Positions 37,294 through 49,566 of a stretch of DNA of 64,000 bases are shown here, piece by piece (the first letter of the stretch is position 1; every line of letters starts with the position of its first letter). The stretch is taken from contig NW_015170278.1 in the NCBI RefSeq assembly GCF_001447785.1, forward strand, positions 273,292-337,291, read 5' to 3'. The notes beneath the pieces are model-generated. The model had not been told where the DNA came from. It saw nothing but the letters and a program-made list of their open reading frames with translations, and ran no database searches. This DNA is from Gekko japonicus (lineage: Eukaryota). The translations under genes were made by a program, and so were the position numbers.

Positions 37294-38880
37294 TCCCTAG
37301 ATAGAGCTCAGGGTGCTGTACACTAGGTACTAAAATCACAAACACTAATCAACAATTTAAAATAATAAATAAACATTTCAGTAAAATTCATAATAGCAAT
37401 ACAATTAAATCAGATGGCGGTCCAATTCCAACATTGCTTCCAACTTGCAGTGGGGAGGGGAGAGAATGAAGACAGTCAGGTAGTCACTGTCCTCAACCAA
37501 ACGCCTGGTGGAGCATCTCTGCCTTAAAGGCCCTGCAGAACTGTAACAAGTCTTGCAGGGCATGGATGTTACTTGGTAGAGAGTTCCACCAGGTTATCTA
37601 GAGTCAGGAGTTGGCACCCCAACCCTGAATCCTCCCTATCCAGCCACAGAACCTGTCTTAGCTGTATTCAGATAACTCTGTTTCAACCATCCCACCACGG
37701 CCTCCAGTCCCTCAGCCAAAACAGTTAGGGCGACATCCAGCTGGCCACCCATCAACAGATATAGCTGGGTGTCATCAGCATACGGGTGGCACCCTAGCCC
37801 AAAACTCTGCACCAGTTGGACAAGGTGGTGCATGCAGATGTTATACAGCATCAGGGAGAAGATTGTTTCCTGAGGGACCCCACACACCAAGGGGTGCCTA
37901 GCAGACACCCTCTCCCCTAGCACCACCCTCTGGCCCCAGCCTTGGAGAAATGAGGTAAACCACTTCAAGACTATCCTGTGGATTCCTATGTCGGCAAGAC
38001 AGTGGTTCAAAAGATCGTGATTGACCATGTCAAACACTGCTGTAAGGTCAAGAAGCAACAGCACCACTGACCCACCTCAATCCAACTGCTTGCGGAGATC
38101 ATCCATGAGGGTGACCAGTGCCATTTCTGTCCCATGGCTAGGGTGGAAACTGGACTGGAATGGGTCCAGAAAATTCTGGAGCTGTTCCACCACCATTCTC
38201 TCAATTGCCTTTCCCAGAAATGAAATATTAGAAACTGAGCAGTAATTGGATGGATCTAAAGGATCCAATGTTGGCTTCTTTAAGAATGCTACAATCACAG
38301 TTTCTTTTAATCCCTCTGGATAGACCCCTGAATGATAATGTCCACCAGAGGGCCCCATGTTCCCTCGCCACTGGCTTTTACCGGCCACAAGGGACACAGG
38401 TCCAAGAGGCATGTAGTCCACCTGACAGCACCTAGAATCCTGTCTACATCGGCCTGGGAGAGTTGGCTGAAGCTTTCAAACACAGAATCCAGAGATGGCC
38501 AAGGGGCCTCCAGTTCACATACTCTACCAATATTGGCTGGGAGATCGTGGTGGAGCAACAAGACTTTATCCACAAAAAAGCTCACAAAGGCCCCACAGCT
38601 GATGGCCGAATTCCTAACATTTTTGATTCTCTCGGTGAGAGAAGTTAAAGATCCAGTTACCCTAAACAATTGTGCTGGGTGTGAGCTAGTGGACATGATG
38701 GAGGTTTTAAATAAAATCTTTTTATCAGCCTTCACCACTACCTCATAGGATTTCATAAACATCCTTACAGCTTCGTCACGAGAACACCGCCAATCTCGCT
38801 CTAGCTGTCTTAAGTTCCTGTTTCAATCCCCTGAGTTCCATAGTATACCAGGGGGACAATTTAGATTGGGAATGTAGAGG
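37294..38880 (-). mobile_element. L2 LINE, 5'-truncated, degraded RT
   Basis: LLLDLTAVFDMVNH, CGVPQ, YADDTQLY and LKKPTLDP..NY motifs, with the 3' UTR next to the assembly gap. Confidence 0.9.
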
Positions 38881-38902
38881 AACACCTAGTTCCTCTGCTA
38901 GC

Positions 38903-38970
38903 ACTATCACCTTGTACTATCACCATCACCTAGTACTATCTACTATCACCTAGTTCCTTACTATCACACC
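38903..38970. repeat. short imperfect tandem repeat (ACTATCACC/TAGT units)
   Basis: Several actatc(acc) units are seen directly at the 5' truncation point of the L2. Confidence 0.7.
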
Positions 38971-39112
38971 TTACCCCACAGGATATCAGCAAGCATGAAA
39001 GCAGAAGCACAGAGAAAAAATGTTTCATTTAAAGAATGTACTACAATTAATCTAATGATACAGTCTGTATTTGTTTAAAGGGAAGATGTATTTGATTTCT
39101 TTAAATGTGTTC

Positions 39113-39312
39113 ATAAGAACATAAGAGAAGCCAATGTTGGATCAGGCCAATGGCCCATCTAGTCCAACACTGTCACACAGTGGCCAAAAATACTAGGTGC
39201 CATCAGGAGGTCCACCAGTGGGGCCAGGACACTAGAAGCCCTCCCACTGTTGCCCGCCCCCCAAGCACCAAGAATACAGAGCATCACTTGCCCCAGACTG
39301 AGAGTTCCTATC
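39113..39312 (-). mobile_element. CR1 3' UTR fragment
   Basis: Reverse complement of the CR1 3' UTR at about 60205-60395. Confidence 0.85.
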
Positions 39313-39758
39313 TATACTGTTCCTAAGCAGTCACCACACATTTTCACTTTCATCTGGATGTGGACCGAAGAGAATATTACGATTCATAGCACATTATCGT
39401 AATGTTATCCCCTGTTTGTTGAGATTTTGCTGTTTATTTCTGAGCTAGGTATTCTTTTATCCTATGAATCTCTGTCAGCAGTCCTGAGCTTTTAATCTTA
39501 TTGCAGCTGAAGTGATAAATCCAGCATGTACTGTACTAAGAAGAATTTAATTGTCTTCTGTTTGGGTAGTGTAACCTGGGACTCTGCCCTTAATTTATTG
39601 GAATACTACTAATAAATTAAAGGTAGAGTAAAATTTATTTGAAGACTTGAATTGTTTAAAAGGAAGGGGGGAAAGATAAATAACTTCAGTAATAAAGCAT
39701 TGTGATAACTTCCAAGCAGCCATAATTAAGCAGTCACATCATTTTTTCCCTTTTGCAG

Positions 39759-39906
39759 TATTAAAAAACCCGATCTGTAAGTTGTATAGATTCCCCTCTT
39801 CTGACAACAAATGGATGTGTGTTCGAGAACAGATGTCTGAGAGCACTCTTTCTTTTCATATTCCCAAGGAACTCATCAACCTACACATAAAGGAGGATAT
39901 GAGAAG
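39759..39906 (+). CDS. INPP4B: INPP4B coding exon ([50 protein letters not shown]), 148 nt
   Basis: ttttgcag acceptor and gtaagg donor, with a strong match to recalled human INPP4B. Confidence 0.97.
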
Positions 39907-41520
39907 GTAAGGGAAACAGACTGAAAAGGTAAAAGTAAGCTATAAAGCGGCTGTTACAACATGGAAAATAGAAATTGGCTGAAATACCTGATAAGAATTC
40001 AGGGGTGCCACTAGTTCAATCTGCTACTCAGAAAGTAAAACTTCCACTTATATGTAAACACTGAGCCATAAATCTGATGATACTGAATAATTTTTACATT
40101 ATAATATCAAACAGAAATGACATGGTATGAATTAGAATCATAAAGTTTAATGTTTGAAAGAATGTATTATTGCAGTCAGAACAGTTGCATAGCATTATCA
40201 AACAAACGCAGTTAATCACTTTTTTGAAATTTACATTTTTAACCCACATCCAGTTTGCTTTCCTTTCTGCAATTGTTTTAAATGGTCCTCTAGACTTGAA
40301 GCATATTATTCTTTTAGCTATTTCAAAACATAAGAATATCTCAATCTAGCAAAGATATAAAACCTCGAAGTTGTCACTGTTCTCCACTTGGGAAATCCCA
40401 ATGCTGTTGATTTCAGTGAAGTTACACAAAGGTCAGATTTAGGCAGTTAACTTCTGTGATATTGGCCATTGTGAATAAATGTTGCAGAGCAGAGATTAAG
40501 ATAATGGAGGTCTTTGGGCAGCTTAATTACATAGCTGCAGCCAGACAGATCATCAATGTTTATTTTGAATGATACTATCTCTGTTAGTAGTTGTAAACAG
40601 GATTTTCTGTTAATCAGTCAATTTGTCTGGCTACAGGCTGATGCTTAAACAGAATGAAATATATTAAGTAATTAAAAGAGATTCATCACAATATTAACTG
40701 TTAATGTGCTGCTTTTTTACCTAAGCTGAGAAACAGAATTATGACACTGTTACAAAGTAACACAAAATAAATAAAACTGTACAGTCCATGCTTAAATATG
40801 AAAAGGCTGATGTCCATTTTAAGTGATGTCTAGAAGCCAATTGAACAAATATACAATAAATTTCAGTTTGGTATAGTGCCAGTTACCTCAACATGGTAAT
40901 TTAGGCTACAATCCTAAACACACTTATTAAAGTCTAAGTTTAATTAACAATGGGATTTATTTCTGAGTGTACATATTTAGGATTGCATTGTTAATTTGGC
41001 AAGCACAGGGTTGAATTCAATGAGCCACCTGCTAGTGAATTGGATCTTTCCTGCCTATTATTTTTTGCTGTAGATCCAAAAAACCAGTTCTGAGATTAGC
41101 CTCATGGGTAATCGCAGTAGGCAGGAGGATATGACGGACCCCCTGTTACTTTCCGCACTGTGAGGTAGATTCTTCCCACCAAAATTCTTAGTTCCCTTCA
41201 GATACTGAGCTAGCCCCCAGTAGTGTGATAAGCTTTATAAATCTGAATGTCCCACCCTGTGAGAGAATCTAATTTGGCTTTTGCCTAGACCAGGAGCTTG
41301 TCAGGAGAAAACAGGAGCCCTCTTTTTAGATTCCATGAAATGGCACTGGAGACTGTGCAACAGTGAACAATAATATTTTATTTAATAAGCAGGGATGGTA
41401 TGCGGTAGTCAGGAACTGGAAAGGCTTATATAAACATTGTTGGTAAAACAGTATATATTTCAGTTGACAGACAAGATGGTGTTGAAGGAGCTTATTTTCA
41501 CAAATTCTTGGTTCATATCA

Positions 41521-41620
41521 GAACAAAGTTAGAACCCAGTGGCACCTTTAAGACCAACAAAGTTTTATTCAAGGTGTGAGCTTTTGTATGCACGCACACT
41601 TCGTCAGACAATAAAATGGA
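41521..41620 (-). ncRNA. Penelope-like terminus with a hammerhead motif (GAAA mutated to AAAA)
   Basis: Minus strand: TTTTATTGT-CTGACGA-AGTGTGCGTGCATAC-AAAAGCTC-ACACCTTG-AATAAAA...CTTAAAGGTGCCACTGG. Confidence 0.65.
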
Positions 41621-41889
41621 ATTACAGCTCATAGTTGTATATATAGATGGTGGCTTGTTAAATTAGCATGCAAAATAGTGAAGATGTTTTTTAACAGATA
41701 AAAAGAATGACAAGCTTGGTTTCTGATTATCATCTGTTTGGGTTCAACTTGGAGGGCGGACAACATAGGTAATAAATATGTCAGAATTGGAGACTGATGT
41801 CCCCTAAATTGTGAGGATTCCGTTATTAGATCCCATCCATCTCCTTTCTAGCATGGAGGCAAACTTTAAAGCATCTTGGCTGTGTAGAG

Positions 41890-42322
41890 CAGGGGTGTCA
41901 ATCATGCAGCCCAGGGGCCGGATCAGGCCCCTGGAGAGCTTCTATCAGGCCCACAGTGGAACTGGCTGTCTTCTGCTTCTTCTTCCAGTTCTGCTGCTGC
42001 TGCATCATCATTAGTTTGCAGCTTACAGATACACACCTGAACAGCATACTCAAGATTGCAACTGCGTAGACATTTTGATGTAATAATTCAGAGCAAGAGA
42101 TGTCAGATATCAGACACTGTTAAATAAACAAAATATTGCAAGAGTGCTAATGTTTCAAGCATGTTTTTATTTTAAGTTAAAAAAACCCTTTGTGTTTGTG
42201 TCCTTTATAAAGTTTATATCTCCACTACCTGGCATTACATTCTATGACACACATGGCCCGGCCCAACAAGGTCTCATTTATGTCAGATCCGGCCCTCATG
42301 ACAAATGAGTTCGACATCTCTG
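41890..42322 (-). mobile_element. hAT MITE (internally deleted relative of 13181-18327)
   Basis: TIRs CAGGGGTGTCAA / TCGACATCTCTG and TSD GTGTAGAG/GTGTAGAT (7/8). Confidence 0.88.
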
Positions 42323-43131
42323 GTGTAGATTATTTTTCTTGTCCCCAGAATAGAGAATTATATAAAGGGAGTCTCTCCCTTCATTCAAAAGGTGAACCTG
42401 TCTGTCAGACTCTTCAGACATCCACTCCTTTAGCTGAACTTTTACTTTACAGAACAGTAACTGCCACTGAACTCAAAACTAATTCACTCTCCCCTCAACA
42501 CATGGCTGATCTTATATTTCCCTCAGTCCACTAGTCTTTCAATAAAGTATATGAGATGGAGGTCTTAAGAACAGGAACCTAGAAGCTGGAATTTGTCTGT
42601 GACTGTCAAACAGTTATTGATTTATTTTTTTAGTGAAAAGGGAACTTTAAGCTCCTGTAGAAAATCTATTGATTCTAAACTAATTTCTCAGAATCAAGTG
42701 GGATTTTTTAAAAATAATAATTCATAGAATAGTTGCAGGAGAATGTTTTGTATTGTTATGCATCCAATTTGTATTTGGGTAATTTCACTACATCACATCC
42801 TGAAGGGGAGTGGTACAGGTACTTGGTCGTTAAGTCTCACTAAAATATTTATAGTTGCAGTATACTAGCTATTAGGTTGGAACTTCTAGTTTTATCCTCA
42901 GTATCTATAGAATTTCTACTAGTATGAGGAAAGTCTGGTCCTCAGAACCTCTAAAATAAGGTAGATCTCTAAGAACATCTCACCTTGACAGTGACTCTGT
43001 CACTGCCTTTAATGAGAGCATCTAAATGTTTCTGGAAATTGCAAATAGGAACTAAATTGACTTAGTTCTTCCTACACACTAGTTTTGAAATTACAGGGTA
43101 TATTATTGTGTTAGCCAGCTCCCCTGGTTTC

Positions 43132-43411
43132 GAGAGCCAGTTTGTGTAGTGGTTAAGTGCACGGACTCTAATCTGGGAGAACCGGGTTTGATTCCCCACT
43201 CCTCCACTTGCAGCTGCTGGATGACCTTGGGTATGCCATAGTTCTGTCAGAGCCGTTCTTGAAAGGACAGTTCTTGAAAGAGCTCTCTCAGCCCCACCTA
43301 CCTCACAGAGTGTCTGTTGTGGGGAGGGGAAGGAATTTGTAAGCCGCTCTGAGACTCTGAGTGAAGGGTGAGATATAAATCCAATCTCCTCCTCCTTCTT
43401 GTTCTTCTTCC
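43132..43411 (+). mobile_element. Squam3-type SINE, full length
   Basis: Same head, body and (TTC/CTC)n tail as 18653-18945. Confidence 0.9.
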
Positions 43412-44459
43412 TCCCGTTTCACCACCTTTAACTTTAAATAAAACTCTGTTTTATGTACATGTCAGTCCAGGTCTGAATAGCACGGCAACAATTCTGTGAC
43501 CACTAATAGCATTATATTATGGCTCTTTGTACTGGCAGGGGTTAAAGCTGAAAGGGTTACAGTAATAATTCATAACTCACATTTTAATGAATTGCCTCTG
43601 GTAAGAAGCAACAGAGGAATGTGTTTGGGAATGGTAATAAAATGTGTATGGGAACAGTAATAAAATGTTCACAAATGCCTATAATTTTTTTACGTGAACA
43701 AACAATTACCTTAAGGGTATTTTTCATACCAAAGGTTGATGATGGATTCCTCAATCTTCAGAATATACTATTTATTCTGTTCTCTTTATTTATGATATAT
43801 GCTAGTGAGGTAAGACATATTCTAAGCACACAAGTTCATCTTGCCCCACTGGGATATGGTATGCAAACCAAACAATCTGTAAACCTTATCTAGTAAAATG
43901 ATCATTGATTTAGGAAATGTGTGTTTTTATTAGATCCTGAAAACTCTCGTTGGCCCTCAGAAATATGTAAATTATTCTCAATAGAAGTTACTGAGAACAG
44001 CATGTTTCTGCATTGAAAGGAGGGTTTAGCACTTATACTTTTCCAAGTTGTTTTCAAGATAAAACCACTTGCTCCTGGTTTCAGATTTAACCTTTAATAA
44101 GGGTGCCTTCTTAGAATGTAATGTCCAGTTCTTAGCAAACTTTGTATAAAACTCACCCTTTGGGGTTTATCCTAAGATGCTCAAACTGTACCTGTGTGTA
44201 GCAGTCAAGCAAGCGTTCAAAAGAACTGGACTGGATTATGAGTCTTTGACATATGGAGATAGTGGGGAAGTGGGCATGTTCAGCAAAAGAGATATTAGCA
44301 GGCTGTTGATTGTATGTTGCAGTAAACTAAAAATCTGGTAAACCGGACATGGGGATGGAGTAGTACCTAACTTTCTTTTTTGTCTGTCCTGATTCTTTTC
44401 TTTTATGGTATTTTTATTTTAATTTCAATTTATGTTGAAATTAATAAATGCGTATGGAC

Positions 44460-44667
44460 TTTGCCCACACATGGATAGCTTAAGCTAGTCCAATCTTGTT
44501 AGCTCTCAGAAGTTAAACAGGGTCAGCCCTGGTTAATACTTGGATGGGAGACCTCCAAGGAAAGCTAGGGTTGCTGTGGAGAGACAAGCTATGGCAGAGC
44601 ACCTCTGAACATCTCTTGGCTTGAAAAACCTATGGGATTGCCATAAATTGGCTGTGACTAGATGGTT
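44460..44667 (+). mobile_element. 5S-headed SINE with RTE tail
   Basis: CAGGGTCAGCCCTGGTTAATACTTGGATGGGAGACC is nearly identical to 5S rRNA, and the tail resembles the 6766 copy. Confidence 0.8.
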
Positions 44668-46695
44668 TAAAATATTATATAAATATAAAAGTATTTTAAA
44701 TGTGATTCAAAATGTAATCTTGTACCTAAACTGCAGGATATTTTTTTCATACTGAACATGAGAAATATAAAAACTTGGCAGACCAGACATGTTTTAAGAA
44801 GTTTTCTCATAATCTCAATAGAGAAAACCTTTCAAATTCCCTGGGGAGGAAATTCCGCAACAGAGCTGGAACCACTGAATAAGGTCCTCTTTTTCCTTAA
44901 TGAATTTTAATTTTATCTCAAATGGGAGCAGCATCCAGAGTAACATTTTTGGGGAAGCATCCCCTGATATTATAGTGAAGATGAAACTGTCATTAGCAGT
45001 CATCTTAATAGAAGAGTGCTACTGTATTCTGAACCAGCTGTAGTTTCCAAAGCTTCTTTAAAGGCAATCCCATGTGAAATTCATTACAATGGTCAAGCTG
45101 AGCGGTCACTACTATAGGTACAATGATGGTTTGTTTGTCTCTGCTGTGAATAGTCAAACTGATAAAAAGCAGTTCTGGCCTCACTTAAAACCTGGATTTC
45201 CAGCAGTAGTCTAGGACTGCTACCAAGCTGTGACCCTGATACTTAAGGGAAATTATCACTAAACTAAATTAAATTAATTAACTACATTAAATTAACTTGG
45301 CAACCTGTAAAGAGGGAACAGGACTGCCGCTGCGGCTGCCACAGCTTCATACACTCTCTCCCTCCCCCTTCCCCACACTTGCCCACATGTCCTTACTTTC
45401 CCCCCCCCCCCCCAACTTGGCTGTATCTCAGAGAGCCTCACCTGCCTGGCCCCTTGCTGCAGTGCTGGCCAAGCAATAGCATGGAGCAGCCGAAGTGCAG
45501 GGAGCAGGAGACAGACTCCCCACCGCAGCAACAACTGTACCGGCATCAGACCTGCTTTGATGCACCTGTCCGGCTCGGCCTACAGGAAGAGAAGTGCCGC
45601 AGCAGTCAGGGAGGGAGGGTCCCGACTCCCTACCATCCCTGGCCCCACAGAGCCTGGTTCANNNNNNNNNNNNCAGCACTAGAGCTCCATGCAACTCAGC
45701 AAGGAAGCCCAGCCGCCCGCCTTGCTGCACCGCCAACCCCCACACAAGAAACCATCAGTCACCCAGGTCAATACAAGCTGGCAGGGGCAGACCCTTCCGC
45801 CCTGCCACATGCTTCCCCACTCAGCCCCCTTCCTCTTCCTCCTCCCCCCCAACCACCTGCCTGGCCAATCAAGAAGCATGCCGGCCTTGCTGTCGTCTCC
45901 AGTAGCCTCAGAGGACTGGGGGAGGGGAGGGGAGGGGGACCAGGAGGGGAGGGGGCAGGGAGGGGAGGGGGCATCACCCAAATAGCTGAGAATCTATGCT
46001 CAGTTGTGTAACCAGATGGAAGGGGGAAATTAGGAGCAGACATTAAAATCTTCTGGAAAAGTTCCATGAAGGAAGATTCCTGATTGGATCCAAGAGACTA
46101 CCTGGTGCTAGAGGGCAAAAGGCTATAATAAGAGTACAGGCGAGAAGGAAGCCCTGCTAACTTTATGTTCATGCCATGCCAGTATGCTTTGATATGCTAT
46201 GCTTTATCATGATGGACTGCAATGTATAGAATGCTTCTTTGCTACGGCTTGGATTTTTATGCTACAAGAAGATATGCCATCACATAACAGGTATTCAGTG
46301 TATTAGATAGAACAGTTAGCTTCTTTATTTTCTCTGTTGCTAAGCTGTAGAGACTTACAACGTAGTGAAATCTTTTTTAACCTTTAAATAAACCATATAT
46401 CAATGTATTTTTTACATTAAATAACAGCTATGTAGGCCTCCAGGTTGGCCTGGGCCACCCTGTTGTTAGAAATCACACACATTCTGAACTGCTATTAGCC
46501 TCAATAAGGAAAAAAACCCAGGTACAATACCGACTTACTTCACAGGGTGATGGTAGTATATGAGTAAATAAAAGACTGCAAAACACTGTATACTTTTTTT
46601 AAAAAGTGGTACTCTGTAAATTGGTATTTGAAATTGTTTTATACTGCTGGACTGATGCTGTGGTTTTATTATTATGATTGTTTCTTCCACTCTAG

Positions 46696-46826
46696 GAATC
46701 AGGACCTTAAAGAACTTGGTGAACTTTCTCCACATTGGGACAATATGCGTAAAACTGTTATTACACACTGTGATCAAATGCTGACCCTCTATCAAGACAT
46801 GCTTGCAGAACTAGAGAAGTACACAG
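46696..46826 (+). CDS. INPP4B: INPP4B coding exon ([43 protein letters not shown]), 131 nt
   Basis: ctctag acceptor and gttag donor. It matches human [43 protein letters not shown]. Confidence 0.97.
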
Positions 46827-47284
46827 GTTAGAAATATGTTCTCACTGAACAAATGAAGTTAAAATTTACTCGTTTTTTGGGTCATGTCTTATCAATTGAA
46901 ATGTCATTTCATTGTATGTGTCTATTCAGATGATATCCAGAGAGATTATTTAAATGCAGGATTTGCCTGAACCTGTAAGTATAGGGCCAATAGTTTTTCT
47001 CTGCCAGAATCTCTTCCTGGGTATGACCTCCAGGCATTGTGTTTCTGTGTGGGAGGACATTGTATGAGCTAGACTAAACAGATACTATTATTCCCAGTGA
47101 TGGTTCATCCATGGCTCCTTTGAAACATCCTGTACCTGGTTCAGATTGAATGTGTATGCATAGATATAATTATCTTTTCTTTTGTATCTTGGGAAGAAAT
47201 AGTTTTATTCAGCAGTAGAGTAGTTGTACAGAAGTATTAGTTTCCTGACAACCTTTATTTTGCAGAATTGGCATTTATAATGCT

Positions 47285-47600
47285 CAGGGGTCGTTTCATA
47301 GAAAAAGAGCTAGGGGAACTCATTAGCATAACTCATTAGCATATGCCACACCCCCTGACATCACCGGAAGTGTGTCATAAGGCCACACACCCCGCCCCCA
47401 ACGGAAAGGTCCTCCCTGGCCCCAGGCAGGCAGGCAGGGGTGGGGAGAGGCAGGGAGGAAGCAACTTACCCTCCCTCTTCTCCTACCTCCTCCTGGCTGA
47501 ATGAGGGCCGGAAGCAGGGTGGCCGGAAGCAAGGGGCGGGGCTTCGTCATGTGCCCCACCCCCCCGTACCTCACCCGGGGGAACTGCGATCCCCCCCTGA
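47285..47600 (+). mobile_element. hAT-like DNA transposon left-end fragment
   Basis: Starts CAGGGGTCGTTTC, has a duplicated actcattagcata and a GC-rich body. No right TIR was found. Confidence 0.45.
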
Positions 47601-48062
47601 AATGACCTCTGATAATGCTCCAGAACTAATACAAACAATACTTGCATGCTTCTCTTCTATATGGGGAAATTGCTTTAATAATATGCCTAAACTTCCTTGG
47701 TAGCTTTTTTCTGTAAAAAAGACCAGATAGCCATCTTACTGGGCGTTGATCTCAAAAAGCAGTGTTCAGATCCCTGCCCAGCCTTTGACTGACGTGATTT
47801 CCTTTATGTGCAAGTAACTTCATTCCCAGGTTCAGATTCCCTAAAGAAATACAGGAATAGCAAGAATATCAGTTTGTATCTGTTAAATAGTGGGTCCCAT
47901 GGATGAACAGACTCCCAGTCTAGTGATCAGCTCTACTTTATTCAGTGATTTCAGCAAGAACAAGACTGTAGACCAGAGCCTCAGCTCAGTTATATTGCAT
48001 GCAATGGCCACACCCCAACACACCCCACTCCCAACGATAGGCTATTTACAAAACTTTACGTC

Positions 48063-48225
48063 TTAATTGGTTACTGCCAGAATCCTGTTGGTCTATTGTT
48101 ATTCTGCTCCAAGCTCACCCTCTCTCTGGCAGCACTGTCCTACACCTTGATTGGTTACTGCCATAATCCTGTTGGTCTATTGTTATTCAGCTCCAAGCTC
48201 ACCCTGTCTCTGGCAGCACAGTCCT
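48063..48225. repeat. two-unit tandem duplication (about 83 bp unit), possibly inside an LTR-like element at about 47881-48417
   Basis: cttaattggttactgccagaatcctgttggtctattgttattc..ctccaagctcaccct..ctctggcagcac occurs twice. Confidence 0.85.
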
Positions 48226-49461
48226 GCAATGTTTCAGTCCCAATACATAACAGTATCCAAACCATGTTTTTTCTATCCATGAGTGCTGTCTATAAATAAG
48301 CTGTGTTCTCCAGTGCGTTTTTCTCATATGTTACACATTTGGTGCCAGCAATAGCTCCCATATATTTCTTTATGTATGTGTTTGCTGTCCCTATTGAATC
48401 CCAACTTTCACTCAACAATACATGTTAAGAGCATAGTATTCAATTGTTGGTTGGGTATCCAGTTATACTCTATGAAGGAGTGTTGGCACTTGGTGCAGTT
48501 AGCTCTTGATTTAAATCTAATCTTAGATCGTCATAATGGCCTACTTTACTAGGCCCTTATAAGTAAGATGAAGTAGCAAATATATAGACTTAATAATGAA
48601 TGTTAATAATATACTTTGGGTCAATATGTGTTTTTGGTGTGCCCTTATGAGTAAGTGGTGTCAGTGCCAAGTACTTAGTGCTATTGCTCTACTATTTGTT
48701 CCCTATCACGTCTCCTTTCCTGAGCCATGCAACTTTTTGCACCATGCTGAGGTCTGCATCGCACAGTATAAAATTCCTGGGACAAAACATTTCTTTGCTA
48801 AAGAACAATTTCTAAACAGTGTGGAAGTGACCAGGTATAAGTCATATGTACCATTATGTAACACCTACTGAGAATCTATAATGGTTTAATGTTTGTATGT
48901 TTTTGAAAAAAATTTAAATAAAATTCTATCCCTCCATGGGGTAGTTAAAAAAAAAAGAATCTATAATGGCCACACTTTCCTGATCCCTGTAGATGCTGCA
49001 AAATACATCTATGTGTATGTCTGCGTGTGATCATTATATATGGTGGTCTATACAGAGGTTGTTTGCAGAAGTGCTTTCTGTGTGACCTGCCCCTGAGATG
49101 TACACCAGTTCCATGATCTAGTGTTGTTTTTAGCATATATAGCTTTATGGCACCATCATTTCAAATATGCTATGGGCTGTTTCTAGGCAGCAGGAACATC
49201 TATCACCAAGCAGGGGACTGAAAAGAAAGAACCCGAGCATTAGTTTGTTCTGTAAATTAAAAGCTATTTTGTCGACTGTGATAGAGGTGCATGCTGAGAC
49301 ACAGTTAGCAAATTGTAGTTGTTGTTTTTTCTTAATACACAGTTACACATTAAAGGTATTTTTAAAATGCTGCTAACATAAGTATTACCCTGACATTTTA
49401 AGAAAAGCAGAACATCTGGAGGGCACTTCAGATAATAATTCTTCAGGATCTTGCTTTCCAG

Positions 49462-49566
49462 GTTCTTCTTTCAAATCAAGCTGTAGTAAAGGGGAAAAGA
49501 CACTAGAATTTGTTCCAGTCAATCTACATCTGCAGAGAATGTATGTGCACAGCCCTCGGTTGAAAG
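49462..49566 (+). CDS. INPP4B: INPP4B coding exon ([35 protein letters not shown]), 105 nt
   Basis: ctttccag acceptor and gtaaaa donor. It matches human [35 protein letters not shown]. Confidence 0.97.

Noticed and set aside
44500-44580. Functional 5S rRNA gene
   Set aside because: The 5' end is divergent, it is fused to a SINE body and tail, and it is not in a tandem array.
45379-46011. 210-aa proline/glycine-rich ORF
   Set aside because: It is low-complexity GC-rich sequence, spans an N gap and has no splice or homology support.
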